NCBI GenBank assembly: GCA_902623535.1
Contig: CACNUA010000004.1
Span: 2,112-66,111 of the forward strand
Reading direction: 5' to 3'
Origin: an uncultured SAR86 cluster bacterium
GTDB lineage: Bacteria > Pseudomonadota > Gammaproteobacteria > Magnimaribacterales > D2472
Length of the DNA stretch: 64,000 nt
Below the pieces are notes generated by a model that was not told the DNA's origin, did no database searches, and worked only from the letters and a program-made list of their open reading frames with translations. Shown piece after piece: positions 1 through 10,227 of the stretch. The position numbers were made by a program, and so were the translations under genes. How positions within the stretch are numbered: position 1 is the stretch's first letter; the number at the start of each line of letters is the position of its first letter.

Positions 1-2
1 GT

Positions 3-734
<732 letters not shown>

Positions 735-750
735 AAATTAACCTAATTTT

Positions 751-780
751 TGTCACTAAAAAGTCACTTTAATTCACTAA
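751..780 (+). promoter_or_regulatory. Pho-box-like direct repeat upstream of the TonB-dependent receptor
   Basis: tGTCACtaaaaaGTCACtttaatTCAC: GTCAC at 752 and 763 (11-bp period) plus a third TCAC at 774. Resembles the PhoB/OmpR-family GTCAY-N6-GTCAY site. Confidence 0.5.
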
Positions 781-829
781 AAAAAAGTTCTACAATTGAT
801 AACGACACAAATTTCAAGAGGGGTCATTC

Positions 830-3800
830 ATGAATTATTTAAAGGGATTATTTTTATCAATTCTCTTAATTTCTGTTCCAGCTTTTGCAGAGGTTGAAAC
901 TACTTCTTCCATTCGGGGTACAGTTAATGTTGCAGGTGCAACAGTTGAGATTACTAATCAATCAACAGGTCAAACAAAATCTGTTACTGCTGGTACCACT
1001 GGAAACTTTTCAGCTTCCTTCTTAAAAGTTGGTGGTCCTTACTCTGTAAGTGCATCAGCTCCAGGTTATGCAAGAGAATCAGTCGATGGATTGTTCTTAG
1101 TGCTCAATGAGTCAACAAATATAAGCATCACACTTGTATCTACGGCTGATGTTGAAGAGGTTGTTACTACAGCTACGAGAGCAGGATCAATAAAGATCGG
1201 AACAGGTACATTACTTGACAGAACTGCTATGGATGGCGTTCCAACAATTAACAGGTCTGTTGCTGATTTTGCAAAACTCGATCCCAGAGTATCCATCAAT
1301 ACAGGTTCATCAAGAAATGCTGAAATATCTGTAATGGGTGCAAACAATAGATACAACGACTTCTCGATTGACGGTGTTAGTTTTAATGATCCATTTGGTC
1401 TTAACGCTAATGGTTTTGGCTCAATGAGAAATCCAATCAGCTTAGATTTCGTTGATCAGATTTCAGTTGACGTTACACCATTTGATGTATCACGAGGTAA
1501 CAATACAGGTGGTTCAATTGCTGTTGTGACAAAATCTGGTACTAATGAATTTAAAGGAACTTATTACACTACTGATCGTGATGAAAGTAATATCGGTGAT
1601 TTCAATGGTCTAGATTTTGCAACTTTTAGTGAAGAAATTACATCAGTAACATTATCTGGTCCAATTATCCAAGATAAGCTATTCTTCTTTGTTGGATATG
1701 AAGAGCTCGAAGCTTCATCACCTGTTCTTTATGGCACAAAAGGTAGTGGTGCGCCTAACGAAGCTGAAACCGTAACAGCCGCGATAGGCCAACAGATTAA
1801 AGATATAGCTATGAACACCTATGGTTATGATCCAGGTGCACTTGATAATGTATCCTTTCCTGAAACTCATGAAGAGTACACTGTCAAAATTGACTGGTAT
1901 ATTAACGATTTTCATCGTGCTGTATTAAATGTATCCCATTCAGAGGATTACTTCCCAAGAAAATATAACAGAGGGAATACTGTCTTCAGTAATAATTATT
2001 ACGCTAAACCACCTGAAATCGACCGTGAATCCATAACAATCTTCAGCGATTGGAGCGATCGCTTAAGAACGAAAATTAAATATACTTCATATGAAATGTA
2101 TGAAGATGATTCGTCTATCGGAGATCCTTTCTTTCCTGAAGCAAGAATTAGGGTCGGTGGTGATCAAGTTTATCTTGGTGGTGATAGATACAGAGGTGCA
2201 AACCTTATCAATACTACATCTGATTTTTTCACCTTTAAACTTGATTATGACCTAGGTGACCACATCATCACTGCTGGTATTGAAACTGAAGAGGCTGATA
2301 TTTATAACTTGTTCATTGCAAGGTATAACGGGGAAATTTGGTTCGATTCTATTGATGACTTTGCAAACGGTACATGGTCTTATTTAAGATTCCACACACC
2401 AATAGCAGGTAATGATAAAGTGGACACAGCCGCTGCTGCATTTGAAGTTGAAAAAACAACCATGTATCTCCAAGATAAGTGGTACGTTAATGATGATTTA
2501 ACAATTATTTACGGTGTCAGATATGACCAACGTGAAACACCAACTGAGGCTAGACTTAATCCTAATTTCTTAGCACGAAATGGTGTTCCAAATAATGCTA
2601 AATTTGACTTTGATCTTGTTCAGCCAAGACTCTCATTTAATATGAACGTAACTGATGAAATGTCTGGAATGTTTGATAATGTTGTGGATGCAACTCTTCG
2701 CGGTGGATATGGACTGTTCATGGGTAGAATTCCAAATGTTTGGTACGGTAACCAATATTCAAGATCTGGTGGTGCTACTGACTATAACAGATTCAGAAGT
2801 TTCTCAGACACTATTGGACCTATGCCTGCTGCTTCAGTGGCAGATCCTAGATTCTTTTGGCTTGGGCCAACAAGTAATTATCAGGTTAGAGGAGCTTATT
2901 TTGGCGATGCTCAAGGTACTGATCCAAACTTTGAAGCTCCTTCATCATGGAGATCAAATCTCGCTCTTGATTTGGTAACCGCAAATGGTTATGAAATCAC
3001 CCTTGAATATAACCTTGATGATGTTAATGAAGGTGTCTTCTACAGAGATTTAGGTCTTGAGAGAACTGGTCAATTAGCTGACGGTAGAGGTGTTTATGAT
3101 ACTGCTGGCGACTACTGGCTAACCAATGCAAGTGGTGGTGGGGCTGAAGCCTTTACTTGGTCAGTAACTAAAGACTTTAATGGTTTAAAAGCATTACTTG
3201 CTTACAGCACAGTTGATGCAGAAGATATATATCCATTAACTTCTACACAGGCAGAATCCTCGTATGGTTATACACAAAGATTTGATGGAGAGAATCTCTC
3301 AGCTAGACCATCAAGCTTTATGATTGATGAAAAGTGGATTTTCTCACTTGATTACACTGCTAAAATAATTGGTGACAATGATACTAGATTCTCACTTGTA
3401 TACATTTCTAAATCAGGCGAGAACTTCAGTGTTACGTATGATACTGGTCGTAATTCTGTTGGTGGTGCTAATTATGGTGGATACGATCTTGCTTATATCC
3501 CAACAGGTGCAGCCGATCCAAAAGTTAACTTTGCATCTGCTGGAGTTGCTGCTTCTGTAATGGAGCATATAAACAACACAGGTCTTAGAAATTATAAGGG
3601 TACATATGCACCAAGAAATGCTTTCCAAGGTCCTGATTATAGAAGAGTAGATTTAAGAATCACTCAAGATATTAATGTATGGAATGATCATAAATTAATT
3701 ATTTATCTTGATGTTCTTAACCTATTAAATCTATTAGATGATGATAAAGGAATAGTAGAAGAGTACTCTTTCAATAACAGCAGACAAATCCTAGTAAATG

Positions 3801-3922
3801 GTGTTGATGCTGAGGGAAGAGTTAATATAACAGGAGTCGATCCTGATGATAGTCTAAGTATTGTTAACTTTAATGGCCAATCTGTGTGGCAAGTTAACCT
3901 GGGCTTTAAATACTCTTTCTAA
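830..3922 (+). CDS. TonB-dependent receptor, Oar-like, with N-terminal carboxypeptidase-regulatory-like domain
   Basis: Signal peptide; N-terminal beta-sandwich (GTV...GGPYSV...APGY); plug motifs NDFSIDGVSFNDPFGL and GGSIAVVTKSGTN; C-terminal beta strand LGFKYSF. Confidence 0.93.
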   Translation: MNYLKGLFLSILLISVPAFAEVETTSSIRGTVNVAGATVEITNQSTGQTKSVTAGTTGNFSASFLKVGGPYSVSASAPGYARESVDGLFLVLNESTNISITLVSTADVEEVVTTATRAGSIKIGTGTLLDRTAMDGVPTINRSVADFAKLDPRVSINTGSSRNAEISVMGANNRYNDFSIDGVSFNDPFGLNANGFGSMRNPISLDFVDQISVDVTPFDVSRGNNTGGSIAVVTKSGTNEFKGTYYTTDRDESNIGDFNGLDFATFSEEITSVTLSGPIIQDKLFFFVGYEELEASSPVLYGTKGSGAPNEAETVTAAIGQQIKDIAMNTYGYDPGALDNVSFPETHEEYTVKIDWYINDFHRAVLNVSHSEDYFPRKYNRGNTVFSNNYYAKPPEIDRESITIFSDWSDRLRTKIKYTSYEMYEDDSSIGDPFFPEARIRVGGDQVYLGGDRYRGANLINTTSDFFTFKLDYDLGDHIITAGIETEEADIYNLFIARYNGEIWFDSIDDFANGTWSYLRFHTPIAGNDKVDTAAAAFEVEKTTMYLQDKWYVNDDLTIIYGVRYDQRETPTEARLNPNFLARNGVPNNAKFDFDLVQPRLSFNMNVTDEMSGMFDNVVDATLRGGYGLFMGRIPNVWYGNQYSRSGGATDYNRFRSFSDTIGPMPAASVADPRFFWLGPTSNYQVRGAYFGDAQGTDPNFEAPSSWRSNLALDLVTANGYEITLEYNLDDVNEGVFYRDLGLERTGQLADGRGVYDTAGDYWLTNASGGGAEAFTWSVTKDFNGLKALLAYSTVDAEDIYPLTSTQAESSYGYTQRFDGENLSARPSSFMIDEKWIFSLDYTAKIIGDNDTRFSLVYISKSGENFSVTYDTGRNSVGGANYGGYDLAYIPTGAADPKVNFASAGVAASVMEHINNTGLRNYKGTYAPRNAFQGPDYRRVDLRITQDINVWNDHKLIIYLDVLNLLNLLDDDKGIVEEYSFNNSRQILVNGVDAEGRVNITGVDPDDSLSIVNFNGQSVWQVNLGFKYSF

Positions 3923-3938
3923 TAGTTTAAAGAGTTAT

Positions 3939-3966
3939 AAAGGGCGGTTTATCCGCCCTTTTTTTT
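3939..3966 (+). terminator. Rho-independent terminator after the TBDR
   Basis: Hairpin aaagggcgg-tttat-ccgcccttt followed by a T run. Confidence 0.88.
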
Positions 3967-3979
3967 GTTAAAATGAATT

Positions 3980-4885
3980 ATGTCTAGGAATCTAATACCT
4001 GAATTATCATACGAAAAGATTGCAGCGTTTGATCCTGTAACCCTTTCAACTTTGTCTGATGCACTCGAAAATCATGGTTTTTTTACCATAACCCATCATG
4101 GCATCAAAGATAATTTACTTGATGATAGCTATGATTTGGCAAAGAAGTTTTTTGATCTAGATGAGCCTATCAAAGCAAATTATTCTAGGCCTGAACATGG
4201 CGGCGCTAGAGGGTATACTCCATTTGGTAAAGAAACAGCACTAGGTGAAAAATTACCTGATCTCAAGGAGTTCTGGCATCATGGTCCTAAAGTTGACAAC
4301 TCATATGATGACAGAATAAAAAGTAATATATTGGTTGAGGAGATAGATGAATTTACTTCTCATTTTGATGCCCTATTCGCATCTCTTAATAATGTTGGTA
4401 TGGGTGTTTTATCAGCCATAGCTAAAGTACTGGATTTAGATAAAGATTTTTTTAATAGCTGGGTAGTCAAAGGGAATTCTGTACTGAGATTAATTCATTA
4501 TCCACCTGTAAATAACTCATCAAACCTACAAAGGGCTAGAGCTCATGAGGATATTAATCTAATCACTCTTCTGGTTGGAGCAGAAGAATCTGGACTAGAG
4601 GTTCTCTCTAAAAGTGGTGAATGGATTCCTATTGAGAGTAGAAGTAAAGCAATAGTTTGTAATATCGGTGATATGATGCAATTAGTAACGCGTGGAAGAC
4701 TGAAAAGTACAACTCACAGAGTTGTCGAATACGGTAAAGGCAAACCAAAATCAAGATACAGCATGCCATTTTTTCTTCATCCTTCTCCCGAGATTATGTT
4801 GAAATCTATTGTGGATGATTGTAAGGAGTCAGTCTCAGCACATGATTTTTTAGAGGAAAGAATAAGAGCAATTAAATTATATTAA
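3980..4885 (+). CDS. 2-oxoglutarate/Fe(II)-dependent oxygenase, isopenicillin N synthase/PcbC family
   Basis: HGFF, DLKEFW, LRLIHYPP, HxD (AHEDIN), distal His (STTHRV), RxS (RYSMPFF). Confidence 0.92.
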   Translation: MSRNLIPELSYEKIAAFDPVTLSTLSDALENHGFFTITHHGIKDNLLDDSYDLAKKFFDLDEPIKANYSRPEHGGARGYTPFGKETALGEKLPDLKEFWHHGPKVDNSYDDRIKSNILVEEIDEFTSHFDALFASLNNVGMGVLSAIAKVLDLDKDFFNSWVVKGNSVLRLIHYPPVNNSSNLQRARAHEDINLITLLVGAEESGLEVLSKSGEWIPIESRSKAIVCNIGDMMQLVTRGRLKSTTHRVVEYGKGKPKSRYSMPFFLHPSPEIMLKSIVDDCKESVSAHDFLEERIRAIKLY

Positions 4886-4887
4886 TA

Positions 4888-6123
4888 ATGACATTACTAG
4901 AAACTATTCAAATTATCATTGGTTTTATTGGACTTACCGCTATCGCAATACCTCTATCTAACTCTAAATCAAAGATAAACTATAAAAGCATCTTTATAGC
5001 TATTCTTTTCCAGATAGCATTAGCTTTTGCTCTCATCAAGATTCCTTTCATCGTGAATATCTTTTCCTATTTCTCAACAGGAGTTGAAAAGCTTCAGGAA
5101 GCAACAAATGCAGGAACTCAATTTGTTTTTGGATATCTATCCATTGGTGAGGGTGAAGAATTAATCTTCGCTTTTAAAATTTTGCCCTTGATTATTGTTA
5201 TTTCTTGTCTAACAGCCTTATTTTGGTTTTGGAAGATCTTACCTATTGTAATTAGAGGCATATCAAAGGTATTCGAGAAGTTATTTAATATTGGTGGTCC
5301 CATTGGTTTGGGAGCCACTGCAAATATTATTATGGGCCAAGTTGAAGCACCACTTCTAGTAAGGCCTTATCTTTCGAAGATGACCTCTAAAGAGCTTCTT
5401 ATTTTGATGACCGCAGGAATGTCTACTGTATCAGGTTCAATTATGATTGCATTGGTCACCATGCTTCAGATCCAGTTTGGAGATATTAACCTTATTCAAC
5501 ATTTAATAACTGCATCAGTTTTATCAATACCAGCGGCTATTATGTACGCCAATATAATGATTCCTTCAAATGAAATTACAGATTTTTCCGATGGTGAAGT
5601 ACCACGAATATATGAATCCTCGATGGATGCAATTACTAGAGGTACTCGTGATGGTGTTGATATCGCTGTAAATGTTGGGGCCATCTTGGTGGTGTTTATC
5701 GCACTTGTTTATTTAGTTGACTCTGTTTTGGGATTACTGCCCTCCATTGCAGATAGAGAAGTGTCACTTCAGATGATTTTGGGTTTCATTTTCTATCCAA
5801 TTGTTTGGTTAATGGGAGTTCCTCTTGATGAAGTTATGACATCAGCTGAGTTGCTTGGAATTAAAACAGCTTTAAATGAATTTGTTGCTTACGCACAACT
5901 ATCAGGTTTAGAGGAGGGCGCCTTGTCTGACAGATCTAAATTAATCACGTTATATGCTCTGTGTGGATTTGCTAATTTTTCTTCTGTTGGAATTCTTGTT
6001 TCAGGTATTGGTGCTATGGCACCTGAAAGAAAAGCAGATTTAATCAAAGTATCTTTAAAGGCATTAATTGGGGCGACTCTTGCTTCGTGTATGACCGGCT
6101 TAGTGATCGGTATCTTTAGTTAA
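4888..6123 (+). CDS. Concentrative nucleoside transporter (CNT/NupC family, Na+ or H+ coupled)
   Basis: AGTQFVFG, FAFKILP, ANIIMGQVEAPL, GMSTVSGS, KTALNEFVAY, YALCGFANFSSVGI. Confidence 0.93.
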   Translation: MTLLETIQIIIGFIGLTAIAIPLSNSKSKINYKSIFIAILFQIALAFALIKIPFIVNIFSYFSTGVEKLQEATNAGTQFVFGYLSIGEGEELIFAFKILPLIIVISCLTALFWFWKILPIVIRGISKVFEKLFNIGGPIGLGATANIIMGQVEAPLLVRPYLSKMTSKELLILMTAGMSTVSGSIMIALVTMLQIQFGDINLIQHLITASVLSIPAAIMYANIMIPSNEITDFSDGEVPRIYESSMDAITRGTRDGVDIAVNVGAILVVFIALVYLVDSVLGLLPSIADREVSLQMILGFIFYPIVWLMGVPLDEVMTSAELLGIKTALNEFVAYAQLSGLEEGALSDRSKLITLYALCGFANFSSVGILVSGIGAMAPERKADLIKVSLKALIGATLASCMTGLVIGIFS

Positions 6124-6565
6124 GAATAACAATATTCAAATTTAAGAAAGCTGCAAAAAAAAGCCAGCAGGGATATGGCAAGTAGAGAAATCCATATAAC
6201 CAGCTAGATTTAAACAATCTCATTTGGATGACCAGATTTATGAATATCAATAAAAGAATATCTATAAAGGCAATTATTGGTATTTGAAAATAAAAAAATA
6301 TCCACGACCAAATTGCATTCAGAATTAACTGGACTAAGAATAATTTAGATATTTGTTTAAAGTTAAAATAACTTACCAAGGCCATAAGCGCATATAAGAT
6401 CGGCCAAACAATACCGAAAACATAACCGGGGGGATTTAATGAGCTCTTATTTAATGACTGATACCAATTATCCTGGTTTATATAGACATTGGCTAAAGAG
6501 CCTATGAAGAAAGTAATTAACGTCGCTAGGGGTAAAACTAGTGGGGATCTAACAATATTCTTCAA
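6116..6565 (-). CDS. tspO: TspO/MBR family tryptophan-rich sensory protein
   Basis: WYQSLNK..LNPPGYVFGIVWPILY, QLILNAIWSWIFF, LPYPCWLFFAAFLN; TTG start. Confidence 0.9.
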   Translation of the reverse strand: MKNIVRSPLVLPLATLITFFIGSLANVYINQDNWYQSLNKSSLNPPGYVFGIVWPILYALMALVSYFNFKQISKLFLVQLILNAIWSWIFFYFQIPIIAFIDILLLIFINLVIQMRLFKSSWLYGFLYLPYPCWLFFAAFLNLNIVILN

Positions 6566-6566
6566 G

Positions 6567-6704
6567 CTATTTAAACAGCCTTGAAAAAGGACTAAGAATC
6601 TTGGAAATTAAGCTTGAGCCTTTAGGTCGGGCTTCATTAAAAATATATATACCAACAAATAAAGTTGCTACAAAAAAGACAATTAATGCGTCGTATTCAG
6701 CCAT
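6567..6704 (-). CDS. Small (45 aa) single-pass membrane protein, not in the ORF track
   Basis: MAEYDALIVFFVATLFVGIYIFNEARPKGSSLISKILSPFSRLFK*. Fills the gap between the KAS III gene and tspO; TATAAT lies 6 nt before the ATG. Confidence 0.65.
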   Translation of the reverse strand: MAEYDALIVFFVATLFVGIYIFNEARPKGSSLISKILSPFSRLFK

Positions 6705-6733
6705 AACAATATTATAGGTCATTCAAGAGTAAA

Positions 6734-7852
6734 TTATTCTCTTTCTATTATTATCGAACAAATTGAGTATCCGCCACCAAACGAACATATTAAACCCTTT
6801 TGCCCTGGCTCGAGGTGATTAAATTTATGGAAAGCAATTAATGAACCAGCTGAACCGGTATTTCCAAATTCATCAAGAACATTTGGAGCTCTTTTCTCAT
6901 CAATATCACCATCAAGCAATTTATTAAGTATCCATTTATTAAGATTGATATTTGCTTGGTGCATCCAGTACTGAGAAATATCATCAGTCGAAAGGCCTAA
7001 TGAATCCAGTTGACTTTCAATTAATTGAACAACCATGGGACATACTTCTTTGAATACACTTCTACCATTTTGTTTAAAGAGTAACTCATCTTCAGTATAT
7101 TTCTTATCTTCAATATGATTCATAAACCCAAATTCATTTCTAATATTGTTTGAGAAAACTGTTTTAAGTTTTGTATCTAAGATCTTAAATTTATTGTTCG
7201 ATAAGGTATTCTTTTGAACTACTGAAGCAGTACAAACATCACCAAATATAAAATGTGATTCACGACTTTTCATATTATTATGAGCTGTAGTAATTTCTGG
7301 ATTAATAACAAGTATTGTCTCAGCTTTACCAGCTGCAATATCAGCCATAGCATTACTGATTCCAAAAGTAGTAGAACTGCAAGCAACCATCATGTCATAT
7401 CCATATCCATCAATGCCTAATTCGTTTTGTATTTCAATCGCGATTGCAGGATAAGCTCGTTGTAAGTTAGCTGTAGATACAATAACTGCATCAATATCAT
7501 CTGGTGTTACACCTGCATTATCCATAGCATCCTTACCTGCTATAACACCTATTTCAGCTAATAATGACAATTCATCAATATCTCTTGCAGGTATCAGTGG
7601 TTTCATAAAATTAGGATCTAAAGCATGGTCTTTTTCTATCACATACCGATGCTTTATTCCTGATGCTTTTTCAACGAATTCCGATGAAGAAGGTGAAAGT
7701 TCTTCAATTGAACCTGCAGCTATTTCCTTAGCATTTTCAGTATTAAACTTTTCAACATAAGCATTATAAGAAGCCATGAGTTCATCATTCGTGATGCCAT
7801 GTGGCGGAATCCATAGACCTGTACCCGATATATAAATATTATCCATGCTCAT
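6734..7852 (-). CDS. Beta-ketoacyl-ACP synthase III (long FabH-like form)
   Basis: Catalytic triad C (VACSS), H (HQAN), N (GNTGSAG); FIFGD; CSFGGGYS. Confidence 0.9.
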   Translation of the reverse strand: MSMDNIYISGTGLWIPPHGITNDELMASYNAYVEKFNTENAKEIAAGSIEELSPSSSEFVEKASGIKHRYVIEKDHALDPNFMKPLIPARDIDELSLLAEIGVIAGKDAMDNAGVTPDDIDAVIVSTANLQRAYPAIAIEIQNELGIDGYGYDMMVACSSTTFGISNAMADIAAGKAETILVINPEITTAHNNMKSRESHFIFGDVCTASVVQKNTLSNNKFKILDTKLKTVFSNNIRNEFGFMNHIEDKKYTEDELLFKQNGRSVFKEVCPMVVQLIESQLDSLGLSTDDISQYWMHQANINLNKWILNKLLDGDIDEKRAPNVLDEFGNTGSAGSLIAFHKFNHLEPGQKGLICSFGGGYSICSIIIERE

Positions 7853-7883
7853 TAAGAATAATTAATTTAATATAGTATTTTAT

Positions 7884-8795
7884 ATGTTTAATGAATATTT
7901 AGAAGTCATTACTGATGATGGTCAGAAGATTACGATATCTAGTTATTTTTCTGAAAACTCAAAGAAATCTATTCTTATTAATCATGGGATGGCTGAGCAT
8001 CAAAGAAGATATAAAGAATTTATAAATTTCTTAAATTTAAATGGTATTAACGTATTTATATACGATCATCGAGGTCATGGTAATAGAATTACCAAATCTA
8101 AACCCATTGGTATATTTGCAAAGCAAAATGGTTGGAATTTAGTTGTAAACGACCTCACTGATGTTTCGAATTTTTTATTAAATAAGTTTTCTGATCATAC
8201 TTTTTCAGTGTTTGGTCATAGTATGGGCTCATACATTACGCTTGACTCAATACAATCAGGTAATCTAATTAAGAATGTTATTCTTTCAGGCTCATCAGTC
8301 CCAGATACATCAATTTTAATGTTTCAAAATATATTCCTTAAATTAAGTAATTTACTTAAGGGAAAAGAAAATTATAGTCGTACCATGCATCAGCTTGTGT
8401 TTGGAGGATTTAATAAATCAATTAAGAATTCAAGAACACCATCAGACTGGTTGTCATATTCAGTAAGTAGTGTTGATGACTACATTGCCGATCCATTATG
8501 CGGTTTTGTAGTAACAAACTCACTTTGGAGTGATCTTTTAGTTGGTTTTAATAGAATCTTTGATAAGAATAGATTCCATCTATATCAATCTGATTTAAAT
8601 GTATTAATCCTATCCGGAAAAGAAGATGCAGCAGGAGGATTCGGCTCAGGACCAAAAAAATTACACAAAATCCTTTCATTAAATACATCCAATTGTACGT
8701 TAAAACTTTATGATGAAATGCGACATGAAATATTGAATGAACCCTCAAGAAACATCGTTTATGATGATGTTTTACATTACTTGATTAATAAGTGA
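7884..8795 (+). CDS. Alpha/beta hydrolase, lysophospholipase/monoacylglycerol lipase-like
   Basis: HGMAEH, DHRGHG, GHSMG nucleophile elbow, RHEILNE. Confidence 0.9.
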   Translation: MFNEYLEVITDDGQKITISSYFSENSKKSILINHGMAEHQRRYKEFINFLNLNGINVFIYDHRGHGNRITKSKPIGIFAKQNGWNLVVNDLTDVSNFLLNKFSDHTFSVFGHSMGSYITLDSIQSGNLIKNVILSGSSVPDTSILMFQNIFLKLSNLLKGKENYSRTMHQLVFGGFNKSIKNSRTPSDWLSYSVSSVDDYIADPLCGFVVTNSLWSDLLVGFNRIFDKNRFHLYQSDLNVLILSGKEDAAGGFGSGPKKLHKILSLNTSNCTLKLYDEMRHEILNEPSRNIVYDDVLHYLINK

Positions 8796-9553
8796 GCCTT
8801 AAAGATAAAAATTTTTTAGTTACTGGTGCTGCTCAAGGCATTGGTCTTGGAATTTCTAAATCAATTATTAAAGCTGGCGGTAAAGTTGCAATGATCGATA
8901 TTAATGAAGAAGTTCTAAATAGTGCGGCATTTGACTTGGAAAAAAAATATCCATCTACAACACTTCCTTTGGTTGCTGATCTCACCGAAATGAATTCATT
9001 CTCTGAAGTGATTAAAAAGACTCACACTTTAATAGGGCCAATTTACGGATTTTGTAATAGTGCAGCAGCTTCAAAGGGTTTAGGTCCATTCCACGAGTAT
9101 GACTTGAGTGATGTTGAAAGAACTCTTGAGCTAAGTTTTACAATCCTCTGGAAAGCATTAACTTGTCAAGTTTCTTACATTGATGAACATCAAGTAACTT
9201 CGAGCATTGTAAATATTTCATCTAACTCAGCTATAAGAGGATATGCTTTTAATTCCATATATGCGGCTGCAAAAGCTGCAGTTAATAATTTAACTCAATC
9301 AGTTGCTAAAGAATTAAGTGGAAGAAAAGTACGAGTCAATGCAATATCTCCTGGTACGATCAACACTCCGGGTGTTCAAGATTATTTTAAAGCAGAACCT
9401 AATGCAAAAAAGTATCTTGAATCCTCGGTTTTATTGGAGCGAATTGGTGAGCCAGAAGATATTGGTGATGCAGTTGTTTTTTTGCTATCTGAAAATTCTA
9501 ATTATATTACCGGGCAGATAATATCTGTTGATGGTGGATCATCAATTAATTAG
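8792..9553 (+). CDS. Short-chain dehydrogenase/reductase
   Basis: TGAAQGIG, YAAAK, RVNAISPG, ITGQIISVDGG. Confidence 0.92.
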   Translation: MSLKDKNFLVTGAAQGIGLGISKSIIKAGGKVAMIDINEEVLNSAAFDLEKKYPSTTLPLVADLTEMNSFSEVIKKTHTLIGPIYGFCNSAAASKGLGPFHEYDLSDVERTLELSFTILWKALTCQVSYIDEHQVTSSIVNISSNSAIRGYAFNSIYAAAKAAVNNLTQSVAKELSGRKVRVNAISPGTINTPGVQDYFKAEPNAKKYLESSVLLERIGEPEDIGDAVVFLLSENSNYITGQIISVDGGSSIN

Positions 9554-9555
9554 CT

Positions 9556-10224
9556 ATGCATTTTAAATACTCTTACCCTAATTTAGAAAGGGTCGAAGAA
9601 AATGAAATGCGCTTTTACAAAGATTCAAATAATGATCTTGTTCCATCGGTGACAACAGTTTTAGATGCTACCGGTGATAAATCAGGCATTACACAATGGC
9701 GAAGAAAAGTAGGTACAGCACAAGCTGATGCTATTGTTCAAGAAAGTACACTAATTGGAAGTGCTGTTCATGAGGCAATTGAAAATTACCTGCTTGGAAA
9801 CTCTTGGAATAATTTCACTGAAGACAGAAATGGTTTCCTCGCAAAATCAATCTCATCTAAATTTATTTCTTCATGTCTTGATGGTATCGATGAAGTATGG
9901 GGACTGGAAAGTGGACTAATTTTAGATGGTCTTTATGCGGGTACGGCTGACTGCATTGGAGTCTATAAGGGATTGCCAGCAATTATCGACTTTAAAACCG
10001 CAAAGAAACTCAAAAGAAAGGATTGGATAGAAGATTATTTTCTTCAGTGCTCAGCTTATGCTAATGCACATAATGTGATGTTTGAAACCTCAATAAGTGA
10101 TTTAGTTATTTTAATGGTTGATAGAGACTTGCTCTTTAAAGAGTTCCACATTAAAAACAATGAATTTTCTCTATATACTGACAAATGGAAGAAACGTTTA
10201 ATTAAATTTCATAACAGGAGATGA
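9556..10224 (+). CDS. PD-(D/E)XK exonuclease, MGME1-like or phage exonuclease-like
   Basis: PSVTTVL, WRRKVG, GSAVHEAIE, YAGTADC, IIDFKT, YFLQCSAYA. Confidence 0.82.
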   Translation: MHFKYSYPNLERVEENEMRFYKDSNNDLVPSVTTVLDATGDKSGITQWRRKVGTAQADAIVQESTLIGSAVHEAIENYLLGNSWNNFTEDRNGFLAKSISSKFISSCLDGIDEVWGLESGLILDGLYAGTADCIGVYKGLPAIIDFKTAKKLKRKDWIEDYFLQCSAYANAHNVMFETSISDLVILMVDRDLLFKEFHIKNNEFSLYTDKWKKRLIKFHNRR

Positions 10225-10227
10225 ATT

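Noticed and set aside
9556-10224. Cas4 / CRISPR system
   Set aside because: No repeat-spacer array or other cas genes, and no Cas4 Fe-S cysteine cluster.
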